From: an uncultured virus (IMG/VR IMGVR_UViG_3300010342_000180)
Lineage: Duplodnaviria > Heunggongvirae > Uroviricota > Caudoviricetes
DNA: 20,000 nucleotides
Direction: 5' to 3' (one strand)
IMG/VR virus record: IMGVR_UViG_3300010342_000180
In this document: piece after piece, positions 8,734-17,109 of the stretch
Position numbering within the stretch: position 1 is the first letter of the stretch
Layout of the letters: the number at the start of each line of letters is the position of its first letter
Program-made: the position numbers and the translations under genes
The notes under the pieces: model-generated
Told to the model about the DNA's origin: nothing
Database searches by the model: none
What the model saw: the letters and a program-made list of their open reading frames with translations, nothing else

Positions 8734-9057
8734 ATGAAAACCCAAATCACCACAGTAACAAAGTATACGGTATTCAAATATCGTCCGAGTTCAACCCAAT
8801 CAACAAGAATTGTAAATTTTGTAACATCCAATGGTTCAAAAACAGTTGTTAAATTTTCATATGAAACGGGTAATTCATATGAACGATTTAGGGGTGATAT
8901 TTTTAACGGTGAACAACTCAATCTTGTTATGACATTTGATGATATTGATATACAAAGAAACGAATCTATGTATATGAATACAGAAACCGAAATAAAAGAA
9001 CGGGTTGGACTTTTAATGACAAAAGGAATCGAATTTGTTAAACACTTAATTCAATAA
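8734..9057 (+). CDS. hypothetical protein (107 aa)
   Basis: ORF directly after a promoter and 2 nt before the next gene. Confidence 0.8.
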   Translation: MKTQITTVTKYTVFKYRPSSTQSTRIVNFVTSNGSKTVVKFSYETGNSYERFRGDIFNGEQLNLVMTFDDIDIQRNESMYMNTETEIKERVGLLMTKGIEFVKHLIQ

Positions 9058-9059
9058 TT

Positions 9060-9674
9060 ATGGGATACACTACACAATTTGACGGAGTTTTTCACTTGAG
9101 TAGACGTCTTACTGAAGATGAAAAAAAATATATCAATTCATTTTCCAAAACAAGGAGAATGAAACGTGATGTTAAAAAACTTATGGAACTTCATCAGGGA
9201 AAATATGGATATCCGTTCCCTATGAATAACACCCCCGAAGCCATTTATGGTAAGGATGGTGAATATTTCGTAGGTATTGGTCAAGAAAAAGATGGTTCAA
9301 TCATTGATTACAATACCCCTCCCGGTCAGGTTGATTTCGCCGACAAAAATTTCGACTTTAACGAAAGATTGGAAGAAAATGAAAAACGAATCTCAAGAGG
9401 AGAATGTCAACCAGGTTTATGGTGTGACTGGATAGTAACATCTTATGAATATGAAAACGAAGATGTCGTGGAATGGGATGGTGGAGAAAAATTCTACCGT
9501 TATTGTGAGTGGATAAAATATCTTATTAATCACTTCTTCTCAAAATGGGGTGTATTACTCAATGGTAATGTTGTGTGGAGTGGTGAGGAAATAGATGATA
9601 GAGGAAGAATAACCATTGCCGACAATGTTGTTGATGTTCAGGATGCGGTAATAACATATGTTTCACGAAGTTAG
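9060..9674 (+). CDS. conserved phage hypothetical protein (204 aa)
   Basis: MGYTTxFxG...QPGLWCxW...WDGGEKFY..EWIKYLIxHFF..WG..LNG.V.WxGEE motif family recalled from phages. Confidence 0.85.
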   Translation: MGYTTQFDGVFHLSRRLTEDEKKYINSFSKTRRMKRDVKKLMELHQGKYGYPFPMNNTPEAIYGKDGEYFVGIGQEKDGSIIDYNTPPGQVDFADKNFDFNERLEENEKRISRGECQPGLWCDWIVTSYEYENEDVVEWDGGEKFYRYCEWIKYLINHFFSKWGVLLNGNVVWSGEEIDDRGRITIADNVVDVQDAVITYVSRS

Positions 9675-9693
9675 GTTTGTATTACAATTAATT

Positions 9694-9727
9694 AAAAAAG
9701 GGTACCAGATTCTGGTACCCCTTTTTT
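9694..9727 (+). terminator. intrinsic terminator
   Basis: GGGTACCAG-ATT-CTGGTACCC flanked by A- and T-runs. Confidence 0.9.
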
Positions 9728-9851
9728 ATTTATATTATTAAAAAACCTGAAATAATTACACTTCCTAAGAGGATAGATATTGAAAACTCAAGCAGCAGAA
9801 AAAAAATTATAAAAATTAACTTATTAATTAAAAATAAATAATAAAAATTGA

Positions 9852-10322
9852 CGTATTTTTGCTACTTGACTTTATTTAATCCAGAATAAGCCCTGGGCGC
9901 AGAAATGAATCTGGATCATCAATAAAAAACTGGCGTATTTTTGCTACTTGACTTTATTTAATCCAGAATAAGTCCTGGGTGCAGATCTGGATCGGCAATA
10001 AAAAAAAATTATATAATAATTAAAAATAACTGTTAAAAAATTTGGAAATCTCATATAAAATTTTTATTTTTACACCGATAATATAATATTAATAATAAAA
10101 AACTGGCGTATTTTTGCTACTTGACTTTATTTAATCCAGAATAAGCCCTGGGCGCAGAAATGAATCTGGATCATCAATAAAAAACTGGCGTATTTTTGCT
10201 ACTTGACTTTATTTAATCCAGAATAAGTCCTGGGTGCAGATCTGGATCGGCAATAAAAAAAAATTATATAATAATTAAAAATAACTGTTAAAAAATTTGG
10301 AAATCTCATATAAAATTTTTAT
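9852..10322. repeat. 255-bp-period duplication of a repeat-plus-promoter module (internal 82-bp units)
   Basis: Motifs at 9858/9940 recur at 10113/10195; the promoter at 10041 recurs at 10296; constant offset of 255. Confidence 0.95.
10041..10072 (+). promoter_or_regulatory. Bacteroidota-type promoter with no gene directly behind it
   Basis: TTTG-GAAATCTCATATAAAATTTT-TATTTTTA. Confidence 0.65.
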
Positions 10323-10327
10323 CTTTA
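10296..10327 (+). promoter_or_regulatory. Bacteroidota-type promoter
   Basis: TTTG-N20-TATCTTTA. Confidence 0.75.
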
Positions 10328-10358
10328 TATGATTAAATAGTACTTTAATATATAAACA

Positions 10359-10481
10359 ATGATTGAAACAATTTTAATATTAACATCAATTTGGGTCTCT
10401 TTTATTGTTATTAGTTCACGTATTGCAATATTAATTTATAAAATAAACAAAAATGAAAACATTAGTCATTCATCCAGATGA
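10359..10481 (+). CDS. small single-pass membrane protein (40 aa), not in the ORF track
   Basis: MIETILILTSIWVSFIVISSRIAILIYKINKNENISHSSR; first ATG at typical leader distance after the promoter; overlaps the next gene start. Confidence 0.6.
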   Translation: MIETILILTSIWVSFIVISSRIAILIYKINKNENISHSSR

Positions 10482-11184
10482 TAGAACAACAGATTTTTTA
10501 AAAACCATATATGAAGGTAAGGATTATACTGTTATAACTGATAGAAATATTCCAATTGTGTATGTTTTAAAGCAAATGAAACTACATGACAGAATGATTA
10601 TGATGGGACATGGTGGTCCAACTGGATTAATTGGATATTTCTATTTATTTAGAACCCCTGAATTTATTGGATTATTAAGAAAGATGTTATGTATTTGCAT
10701 ATGGTGCAATGCCGATCAATATGTTGAAAGATTTGGTATTACAGGATTTTACACGGGTATGTTTATAAGTGAAGTATCTGAAGCCGCATATCTTGGTATA
10801 AAAACAACACAAAAAGAAATAGATTATTCAAATATTCTTTTTGTTAATCATTTCCGTAATGTGATAGATTCTCCAACAATTTATTCTGATATTAAACGAT
10901 TATATATGGATGAAAACTCCGATATTGTTAAGTTTAATAATGAAAGATTGTTTTACACTGAAAAACCAGTCAATAAAAAATCAAGACATGATTTATCTAA
11001 ATTTCAATTCCATAAACTTATTGAAGATGTTGTTGCTCAAATTAAAGTAGATATTGAATTAAATAATACTGAAGCTCTTGAGGCTCTCTTAGAATCATGT
11101 GATGAAGATGTTCTTATATCATTCTTTCCATATCATCGTATGGAAAGATGGAAAAAAATACAAAGATCTAAAATCAAATATTGA
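10453..11184 (+). CDS. phage hypothetical protein, possible caspase/gingipain-fold (clan CD) peptidase
   Basis: Hydrophobic strand followed by GHG (MIMMGHGG), then hydrophobic strand followed by Cys (CICIWCNA) about 30 aa later. Confidence 0.7.
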   Translation: MKTLVIHPDDRTTDFLKTIYEGKDYTVITDRNIPIVYVLKQMKLHDRMIMMGHGGPTGLIGYFYLFRTPEFIGLLRKMLCICIWCNADQYVERFGITGFYTGMFISEVSEAAYLGIKTTQKEIDYSNILFVNHFRNVIDSPTIYSDIKRLYMDENSDIVKFNNERLFYTEKPVNKKSRHDLSKFQFHKLIEDVVAQIKVDIELNNTEALEALLESCDEDVLISFFPYHRMERWKKIQRSKIKY

Positions 11185-11246
11185 CATTATAAAAAAAATA
11201 TGTATAATTAATTAATGAAGTGTTCATAGTTTTTTGGTTAATGATT

Positions 11247-11275
11247 GGACAGTCAGAAATGGCAGTCCTTTTTTT
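11247..11275 (+). terminator. intrinsic terminator
   Basis: GGACAGTCA-GAAA-TGGCAGTCC (one mismatch, one G-U pair) plus T7. Confidence 0.75.
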
Positions 11276-11330
11276 ATTACAAATTCGTATTACATAACAA
11301 TTATTTTATATCAAAATAATATTAAAAATA

Positions 11331-11362
11331 TTTGGTAATTAAATAATTTTTACATATCTTTG
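11331..11362 (+). promoter_or_regulatory. Bacteroidota consensus promoter
   Basis: Perfect TTTG-N20-TATCTTTG. Confidence 0.85.
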
Positions 11363-11399
11363 TAGACTAGTATTAAAAAAACTATTAAATTTTAAACCA

Positions 11400-12242
11400 A
11401 TGACAAAAGAAGAAATTTTAAATCGAACGGGTCTTAATTGGAATGTAAAGACCGAAAATGTAATGACAGCATCTGGTATTGAAATTCCCAATCGTATTGC
11501 ATTAGTTCGTGAAGATATTCAGGAAGTTTTGGGCATACATACTAATGTATATGTACCATATCAAAATGATGAATTGATCGAACTTTTATTTAAGATTTCA
11601 AATCAATCGGGATTAAATATTCATACCGGTGGATTTTTTAAAAATGGTAAGAAAGTGTGGTTTCAGTTAAAATCTGATGATTACAGAATTGGAAATGATA
11701 TGATTAAAGGATATATATCTGGTTTCAATTCATTTGATGGTAGATCATCCCTTACTTTTAGTAATGCTACACTCACAGTCTCGTGCATGAATACTTTTTG
11801 GAATGGTTATGATCAAGTTGAAACTCGTCTGAGACATTCTGCTAAGATGAGACCACGTATTGATGAAATTTTGCGCAAAATTGATGTTCTTTTACAAAAA
11901 GAAAAAAAAGTATTTGAAACAATTCGTAGGATGAATGAAATTCCAATGACACCCGAAATTCGCGAACTCATAACAAAGATGATGTTTAGCCTTAATAACG
12001 AAGAAAAATTGGATTCAATGGATTTATCAACCAATAAACAAAATAAACTCATCAGATTTAATTCGGTTGTGGATATGGAACTCGCAGGCAAAGACCATTC
12101 TATATGGGGGTTATTTTCGGGTGTTACACGATATACCACGCACGAAATGAAAAGAGGGGATAATTCAGAATCAAAGATATTTGGCAGAACAGGAGCAATT
12201 GAAAGAAAAATTTATAATAATCTCGCTCTTATGACTGTTTGA
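11400..12242 (+). CDS. DUF932/DUF945 (TIGR03299-like) phage/plasmid protein
   Basis: GLNWNV...ALVRED..VLG...Y.PYQN...TGGFFKNGKKVW...NSFDG...VSCMNT...RHS...SIWGLFSGVT.YTTH signature. Confidence 0.9.
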   Translation: MTKEEILNRTGLNWNVKTENVMTASGIEIPNRIALVREDIQEVLGIHTNVYVPYQNDELIELLFKISNQSGLNIHTGGFFKNGKKVWFQLKSDDYRIGNDMIKGYISGFNSFDGRSSLTFSNATLTVSCMNTFWNGYDQVETRLRHSAKMRPRIDEILRKIDVLLQKEKKVFETIRRMNEIPMTPEIRELITKMMFSLNNEEKLDSMDLSTNKQNKLIRFNSVVDMELAGKDHSIWGLFSGVTRYTTHEMKRGDNSESKIFGRTGAIERKIYNNLALMTV

Positions 12243-12263
12243 TTTATTATTCATGTTTTTGAT

Positions 12264-12293
12264 GGGGCAGGAATATTCCTGCCCCTCCTTTTT
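12264..12293 (+). terminator. intrinsic terminator
   Basis: GGGGCAGGAATATTCCTGCCCC perfect palindrome followed by TCCTTTTT. Confidence 0.85.
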
Positions 12294-12382
12294 ATGCTGT
12301 AAATTCTAATAAATTTTTAGATCAATAAAATCAAGCAGCAAATATGACAAAATTAAACTGGGAATTATGTTTGCCACTTAAC

Positions 12383-12811
12383 TTTAATCCAGAATAAGCC
12401 CTGGGCCAGATCTGGATCGTCAATAAAAAACTGGCGTATTTTTGCTACTTGACTTTATAAGCCCTGGGCCCAGATCTGGATCGTCAATAAAAAACTGGCG
12501 TATTTTTGCTACTTGATTTTATTTAATCCAGAATAAGTCATGGGCCCAGATCTGGATCGTCAATAAAAAACTGGCGTATTTTTGCTACTTGATTTTATTT
12601 AATCCAGAATAAGTCATGGGTGCAGATCTGGATCGTCAATAAAAAACTGGCGTATTTTTGCTACTTGACTTTATTTAATCCAGAATAAGTCATGGGTGCA
12701 GATCTGGATCGTCAATAAAAAACTGGCGTATTTTTGCTACTTGACTTTATTTAATCCAGAATAAGTTATGGGTGCAGATCTGGATCGTCAATAAAAAACT
12801 GGCGTATTTTT
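12383..12811. repeat. 76-bp tandem array (~5.5 units, one shortened to 64 bp)
   Basis: CAATAAAAAACTGGCGTATTTTT at 12421, 12485, 12561, 12637, 12713, 12789. Confidence 0.97.
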
Positions 12812-12830
12812 AAAAATAACTGTTAAAAAA

Positions 12831-12862
12831 TTTGGAAATGTCATATAAAGTTTTTATCTTTA
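12831..12862 (+). promoter_or_regulatory. Bacteroidota-type promoter (repeated phage version)
   Basis: TTTG-GAAATGTCATATAAAGTTTT-TATCTTTA. Confidence 0.8.
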
Positions 12863-12905
12863 CATTGTGAAGACAAATCATGTTAAACAATCAAACAAAA
12901 AAACT

Positions 12906-13091
12906 ATGGAAATAGCGAATATTATTGAAGAAGATGTGGTATTTGTCGCCCAATCAATTGGTAAAGAATTAACGAGTGACGAAATTGAGTTAATTCTTAA
13001 AATTTACCCTGATGCTCAAATTGATGATCCAACAAGTACATGGGATCTGGTTATTGAAAATATTATTTATTCCATAACATCAAAGAAATGA
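12906..13091 (+). CDS. acidic hypothetical protein (61 aa)
   Basis: Start revised to ATG 12906 (GTG 12867 falls at the predicted transcription start); ATGA overlap with the next gene. Confidence 0.75.
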   Translation: MEIANIIEEDVVFVAQSIGKELTSDEIELILKIYPDAQIDDPTSTWDLVIENIIYSITSKK

Positions 13092-13321
13092 AAATTTACA
13101 GAGTTTGTGATTATAGTGGCGCCCATATTGGATTATTTGCTACATTAAGGGAAGATAATGATAAAGTTGTATCTGACATTAAAGAAAGTTATGAAATAGC
13201 TGTTAAAAATAATTACATAGATTCGACTTTAGATATTTATTCTGCCGCAGAATCCTATCTTGAAGATAAAGGTATATGGAGATTATATATTGATGAGGAG
13301 ATATTTGTAGATACATATTAA
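13088..13321 (+). CDS. hypothetical protein (77 aa)
   Basis: ATGA-coupled ORF. Confidence 0.75.
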   Translation: MKIYRVCDYSGAHIGLFATLREDNDKVVSDIKESYEIAVKNNYIDSTLDIYSAAESYLEDKGIWRLYIDEEIFVDTY

Positions 13322-13392
13322 ATTTAATAACATGGACAAAGAATATACAATATGGAAAGATAAAATATTATTAACCGAAAAAACTGTAAACG

Positions 13393-13851
13393 ATGAAAAC
13401 ATTTAAAGTTACAAAAAACATCACAATTGAATGCAATTGTAAAAAAACCTCTTATGGTTTTAAACATGAAGCCCAGTTACTAGTTAATGGTCGAGAGGTA
13501 GAAAAATCCAAAGTTTGTTATTATAACAGAACCTGGGAATCTTTTGAATACGAATCAGTAATTATGAAATTACTTAATAAAACTGATTTAATTTCAAAAA
13601 GACAAAAAACTATTTTTCTGAAAAAAGAAAGAGATGAATGTAAAAAGAGTATTCAGAAACATTTTGGATTAATATCCGGTATTGCTAAACTTGGTAATGT
13701 TTTGTATGACAATCAAAAAGATAGTAATACATGGAAAATCAGAATGTTAAAAGCCGGTCTTGGCAATGAATTGTCAATACCTGAAGATTGGAATGTATTA
13801 GATGAAAATGAAAAAGAACGTAGGCTCAATAACGTAATACAAGGTATGTGA
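13393..13851 (+). CDS. conserved phage hypothetical protein (152 aa)
   Basis: GFKHEA.L..NG....K.CYYNRTWESFEYESV motif family recalled from phages. Confidence 0.85.
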   Translation: MKTFKVTKNITIECNCKKTSYGFKHEAQLLVNGREVEKSKVCYYNRTWESFEYESVIMKLLNKTDLISKRQKTIFLKKERDECKKSIQKHFGLISGIAKLGNVLYDNQKDSNTWKIRMLKAGLGNELSIPEDWNVLDENEKERRLNNVIQGM

Positions 13852-13873
13852 AATATCTTAATTTCCTGATTAG

Positions 13874-13902
13874 AAAAAAGCACTATTTCAGTGCTTTTTT
13901 TT
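13874..13902 (+). terminator. intrinsic terminator
   Basis: AAAAAAGCACT-ATTTC-AGTGCTTTTTTT. Confidence 0.85.
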
Positions 13903-13916
13903 ATGCCATAAATTTA

Positions 13917-14069
13917 AATTTCGGATAGAGGATCTGAGATAGAAAATCAAGTAGCAAAATATTTTTTTTACGAATTTCGGATAGAGGATCTGAGATAGAA
14001 AATCAAGTAGCAAAATATTTTTTTACGAATTTCGGATAGAGGATCTGAGATAGAAATTAAGTAGCAAAA
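13917..14069. repeat. 55-56-bp tandem array (~2.7 copies), motif in reverse orientation
   Basis: GGATAGAGGATCTGAGATAGAAA at 13923, 13979, 14034, each followed by T[C/T]AAGTAGCAAA. Confidence 0.95.
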
Positions 14070-14127
14070 CATTAATATTAGCTGCTTGACTTTTATTAAT
14101 TCCTGAGAACTTCAATAATTAATATAA

Positions 14128-14300
14128 TTTTTGCTACTTGACTTTATAAGCCCTTGGCATAGATATGGATCTGGATCGGCAATAAAAAACTGGCGTATTT
14201 TTGCTACTTGACTTTATTTAATCCAGAAGAAGCCCTGGACGCAGAAATGAATCTGGGCCAGCAATAAAAAAATTATATAATAATTAAAAATAATTATTAA
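14128..14300. repeat. two units of the 76/82-bp repeat family
   Basis: Motif at 14130 and 14200; near-identical to segments in 16760-17010 and 9852-10010. Confidence 0.9.
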
Positions 14301-14304
14301 AAAA

Positions 14305-14336
14305 TTTGGAAATGTCATATAAAGTTTTTATCTTTA
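14305..14336 (+). promoter_or_regulatory. Bacteroidota-type promoter (repeated phage version)
   Basis: Identical to 12831-12862. Confidence 0.8.
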
Positions 14337-14375
14337 CACTGATAATTTAATATTAACTAATTAAAATTCGAAATT

Positions 14376-14906
14376 ATGGGATGGACAAGTTTACCAATGC
14401 ATAAACCAGTTAAAGAATGGTTTAAAAATAGCTGGGGTAACAATTATGAAGTGTTAGATTCTGCCCTCATCAAACGCAAAACTTTGTATGGCGCAATAAA
14501 AAATATTCAAACAGGAGATGTTTTTTGTGCCGTGTTTCTTATTCGTTGGAGTAGAGATTATTATAATTTTTCTTATAAGGATATGACCGAGTTTGTTGGA
14601 CCAATTGAAGTTAATTGTCCTAAAAGAATCATGAAATTACTTACACCTTTAAATAATGAAAATGATCCTAATAACTATGCGAGAGACTGGAGGAAACGTG
14701 TTAATGATTATTGGTCCATGCGTAAAAATCTTAAAAATAATGTAATCAAATTATCTGAACCCGCTCTTTTCAAAAGTGGTCATCGTTATCAATATTTTAA
14801 AAAAATAGGACGTATTACATATGCTGGCGAAATGGTAAAGGGTGAATTTCAGCCGATATGCAGAGTAAGAATAAATTTCTCTTATTATGCGTATGACATA
14901 ATTTAA
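14376..14906 (+). CDS. DUF6927-like protein (176 aa)
   Basis: MGW...YGAI....VFCAVFL....FSYKDMTE..GP..NCPKRIMKLLT....YARDWR signature. Confidence 0.75.
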   Translation: MGWTSLPMHKPVKEWFKNSWGNNYEVLDSALIKRKTLYGAIKNIQTGDVFCAVFLIRWSRDYYNFSYKDMTEFVGPIEVNCPKRIMKLLTPLNNENDPNNYARDWRKRVNDYWSMRKNLKNNVIKLSEPALFKSGHRYQYFKKIGRITYAGEMVKGEFQPICRVRINFSYYAYDII

Positions 14907-14977
14907 TTAATAAATTTTAAATTCCTAATAAGAAAAGTATAAAAAGAATAAAATTATACATTCGTATGACAAAACAT

Positions 14978-15005
14978 AAAGTTAGCTAATATGCTAACTT
15001 TTTTT
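14978..15005 (+). terminator. intrinsic terminator
   Basis: AAAGTTAGC-TAATAT-GCTAACTTT plus T-run. Confidence 0.85.
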
Positions 15006-15072
15006 ATATTCGTTTTATTGTTTCAGCCCCTTAATTCATCGGACAAGATTATAGACAGAAATCTGTAATTTT

Positions 15073-15390
15073 ATGATGATGAACAAGAGAACATTTACGC
15101 AGGAAGAGAAGCTTCGTATCATTAAAGAAGCCAGCGAACAGGGAGTAAAATTCATTCTTGAGAAGTATGCACTGTATCCCGCCACCTATTATTCCTGGAA
15201 AAGCAAGCTGGAAGAGATGGGCGAGTCTGGTCTTCAGCATGGGATGACACCAAGGCATTTGAAGAGGATCCGGGAACTGGAAAAAGAGAACTCGGTATTA
15301 AAGCAATTGCTGGCAGAAAAGGAGCTTGAAGGCAAGCTAAAGAGCGAGCTATTAAAAAAAAAGTATGCCCTGGAGAAAAAAAGGAGATAG
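15073..15390 (+). CDS. IS3-family transposase OrfA (HTH plus leucine zipper)
   Basis: KRTFTQEEKLRII...YYSWK HTH pattern and RIRELEKENSVLKQLLAEKELE zipper. Confidence 0.92.
   Translation: MMMNKRTFTQEEKLRIIKEASEQGVKFILEKYALYPATYYSWKSKLEEMGESGLQHGMTPRHLKRIRELEKENSVLKQLLAEKELEGKLKSELLKKKYALEKKRR
15357..15363 (+). other. programmed -1 frameshift site A AAA AAG
   Basis: In phase with OrfA codons; the -1 frame is open from 15330 into OrfB. Confidence 0.8.
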
Positions 15391-15413
15391 TTGGTTCCTT
15401 CATTTTCAGGGGT

Positions 15414-16466
15414 ATGAAAAGAGATACGGCACTTGCAATAGCTGGCATTACCAGGCATCAGTATTACTATAAGCCAAAGACCGGGAGGAGAGGCAAACTG
15501 CCCGGTCAGACGACCTTAAGAATCAATGGAGAGGATCTTGACAGGGTCGCCAATGAGGTTGTAATTGAGCAAATAAAAATAACAAAGTCTGATCCTGACA
15601 CTGATTATGGCTATCACAAAATGACCTATGTTCTTTTGATCCTGGGTTATCTGATTAATCACAAGAAGGTATATCGTTTAATGGATGAGAAAGGTCTTTT
15701 GAAGGACCGATCGCAAAAACCTTCACGGAGCTACGTAAAATATCGCAGAGTGATGCCTCTCTCACCTCTTGAGATATTGGAAATGGATATCAAGTTTGTC
15801 TGGGTTGAAGAACACCGCAGATTTGCATATGTTCTCACCGTCGTTGATACATTCACAAGGGTGGCTTTATACTGGCATGTCGGGTATCAGATCAGGCAGG
15901 CTCAGATTAAAAGCATCTGGGAATATATCATTGTGCGGTATCTTCAGCCTTATGACTGTCTGGGAAAGCAAATCCAGATAGAGATCCGCAATGATAATGA
16001 CAGCAGGTTTGTTGCCAGGGCAGTTCAGAAGTTCTTTCGCGAGAACCAGCTCACACAAGTCTTCACCCATCCTTACACTCCACAGGAGAATGGGCATATT
16101 GAAAGCTTTCATGCTATCCTGTCAGAAAAACTTTCCAGACAAACTTTCTGGTCATTGGCTGAGCTTGAACAATGTCTGACCTTGTTTTATGAAAAATACA
16201 ATAATCACCGTATCCACAGCTCCATTTGCTATTTACCACCGATGGTGTTCTGGAACCTATGGGAACAGGGACACATAAAAAGTTATCGGGATGAGAAGAA
16301 AAGAAAAATCACATTCCGTCTACTGATACCTTATCATAAACTATCGGGAAATATGAACCTGAGGGAAGTTCCTTGCTCACCGGCAACAACCCTCGATGGG
16401 TTGGAGCAGGTGTCTGAAGAAAAAGAAATGAACGGCGCCGTATCATTTCAACAACCATCGGTTTAA
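15414..16466 (+). CDS. IS3-family transposase OrfB (DDE/rve)
   Basis: YGYHKM, INHKKVYRLM, EMDIK, VVDTFTR, RNDND, PQENGHIESF, YNNHRIHSS; lies in the -1 frame relative to OrfA. Confidence 0.95.
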   Translation: MKRDTALAIAGITRHQYYYKPKTGRRGKLPGQTTLRINGEDLDRVANEVVIEQIKITKSDPDTDYGYHKMTYVLLILGYLINHKKVYRLMDEKGLLKDRSQKPSRSYVKYRRVMPLSPLEILEMDIKFVWVEEHRRFAYVLTVVDTFTRVALYWHVGYQIRQAQIKSIWEYIIVRYLQPYDCLGKQIQIEIRNDNDSRFVARAVQKFFRENQLTQVFTHPYTPQENGHIESFHAILSEKLSRQTFWSLAELEQCLTLFYEKYNNHRIHSSICYLPPMVFWNLWEQGHIKSYRDEKKRKITFRLLIPYHKLSGNMNLREVPCSPATTLDGLEQVSEEKEMNGAVSFQQPSV

Positions 16467-16588
16467 CAATCACCTTCGGTCGTTCCTTGCTATGACAAAT
16501 TTAAACCGAAATATTTATGTATGTTTAACCGTCTGTAAAAAAGTCCGATTAATAGGGGGCCAGACCATTATTGATCGACTTTTTGATG

Positions 16589-16694
16589 ATATAAAATAAC
16601 ATATAATAACATAAAATAATATAAAATTACATATAATAACATAAAATTATATATAATAACATAAAATAATATAAAATTACATATAATAATATAA
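16589..16694. repeat. AT-only low-complexity minisatellite
   Basis: Mosaic of ~10-12-nt units (ATAAAATAAC, ATATAATAAC, ATAAAATTAC). Confidence 0.85.
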
Positions 16695-16696
16695 TT

Positions 16697-17015
16697 TTTG
16701 ATACTTGACTTTATAAGCCCTTGGCATAGATCCTGGATCGGTAATAAAAAACTGGCGTATTTTTGCTACTTGACTTTATAAGCCCTTAGCGTAGATATGG
16801 ATCTGGATCGTCAATAAAAAACTGGCGTATTTTTGCTACTTGACTTTATTTAATCCAGAATAAGCCCTGGGCGCAGAAATGAATCTGGATCATCAATAAA
16901 AAACTGGCGTATTTTTGCTACTTGACTTTATTTAATCCAGAATAAGCCCTGGGCGCAGAAATGAATCTGGACCAGCAATAAAAAAAATTATATAATAATT
17001 AAAAATAATTATTAA
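16697..17015. repeat. array of the 65-82-bp repeat family (4 units)
   Basis: Motif at 16697 (variant), 16762, 16832, 16914. Confidence 0.93.
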
Positions 17016-17019
17016 AAAA

Positions 17020-17051
17020 TTTGGAAATGTCATATAAAATTTTTATTTTTA
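17020..17051 (+). promoter_or_regulatory. Bacteroidota-type promoter (repeated phage version)
   Basis: TTTG-GAAATGTCATATAAAATTTT-TATTTTTA. Confidence 0.75.
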
Positions 17052-17109
17052 CACCGATAATATAATATAATATTAATAATATAATATTAACCAGTTAAAA
17101 TTTGAAATT

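Larger units (their letters stand above)
15019..16567 (+). mobile_element. IS3-family insertion sequence, complete (1549 bp)
   Basis: TG...CA ends; imperfect IRs TGTTTCAGCCCCTTAATTCATCGGAC and (reverse complement) TGGTCTGGCCCCCTATTAATCGGAC; TTAT duplication at 15015-18 and 16568-71; visibly higher GC than the flanks. Confidence 0.93.

Noticed and set aside
13332..13406. 24-aa ORF MDKEYTIWKDKILLTEKTVNDENI
   Set aside because: Fills a gap in an operon but is too short to support; may be a remnant.
15049..16179. Extra ORFs inside the IS (15049, 15152, 15234, 15769, 15867, 15991)
   Set aside because: Shadow frames of the GC-richer transposase genes.
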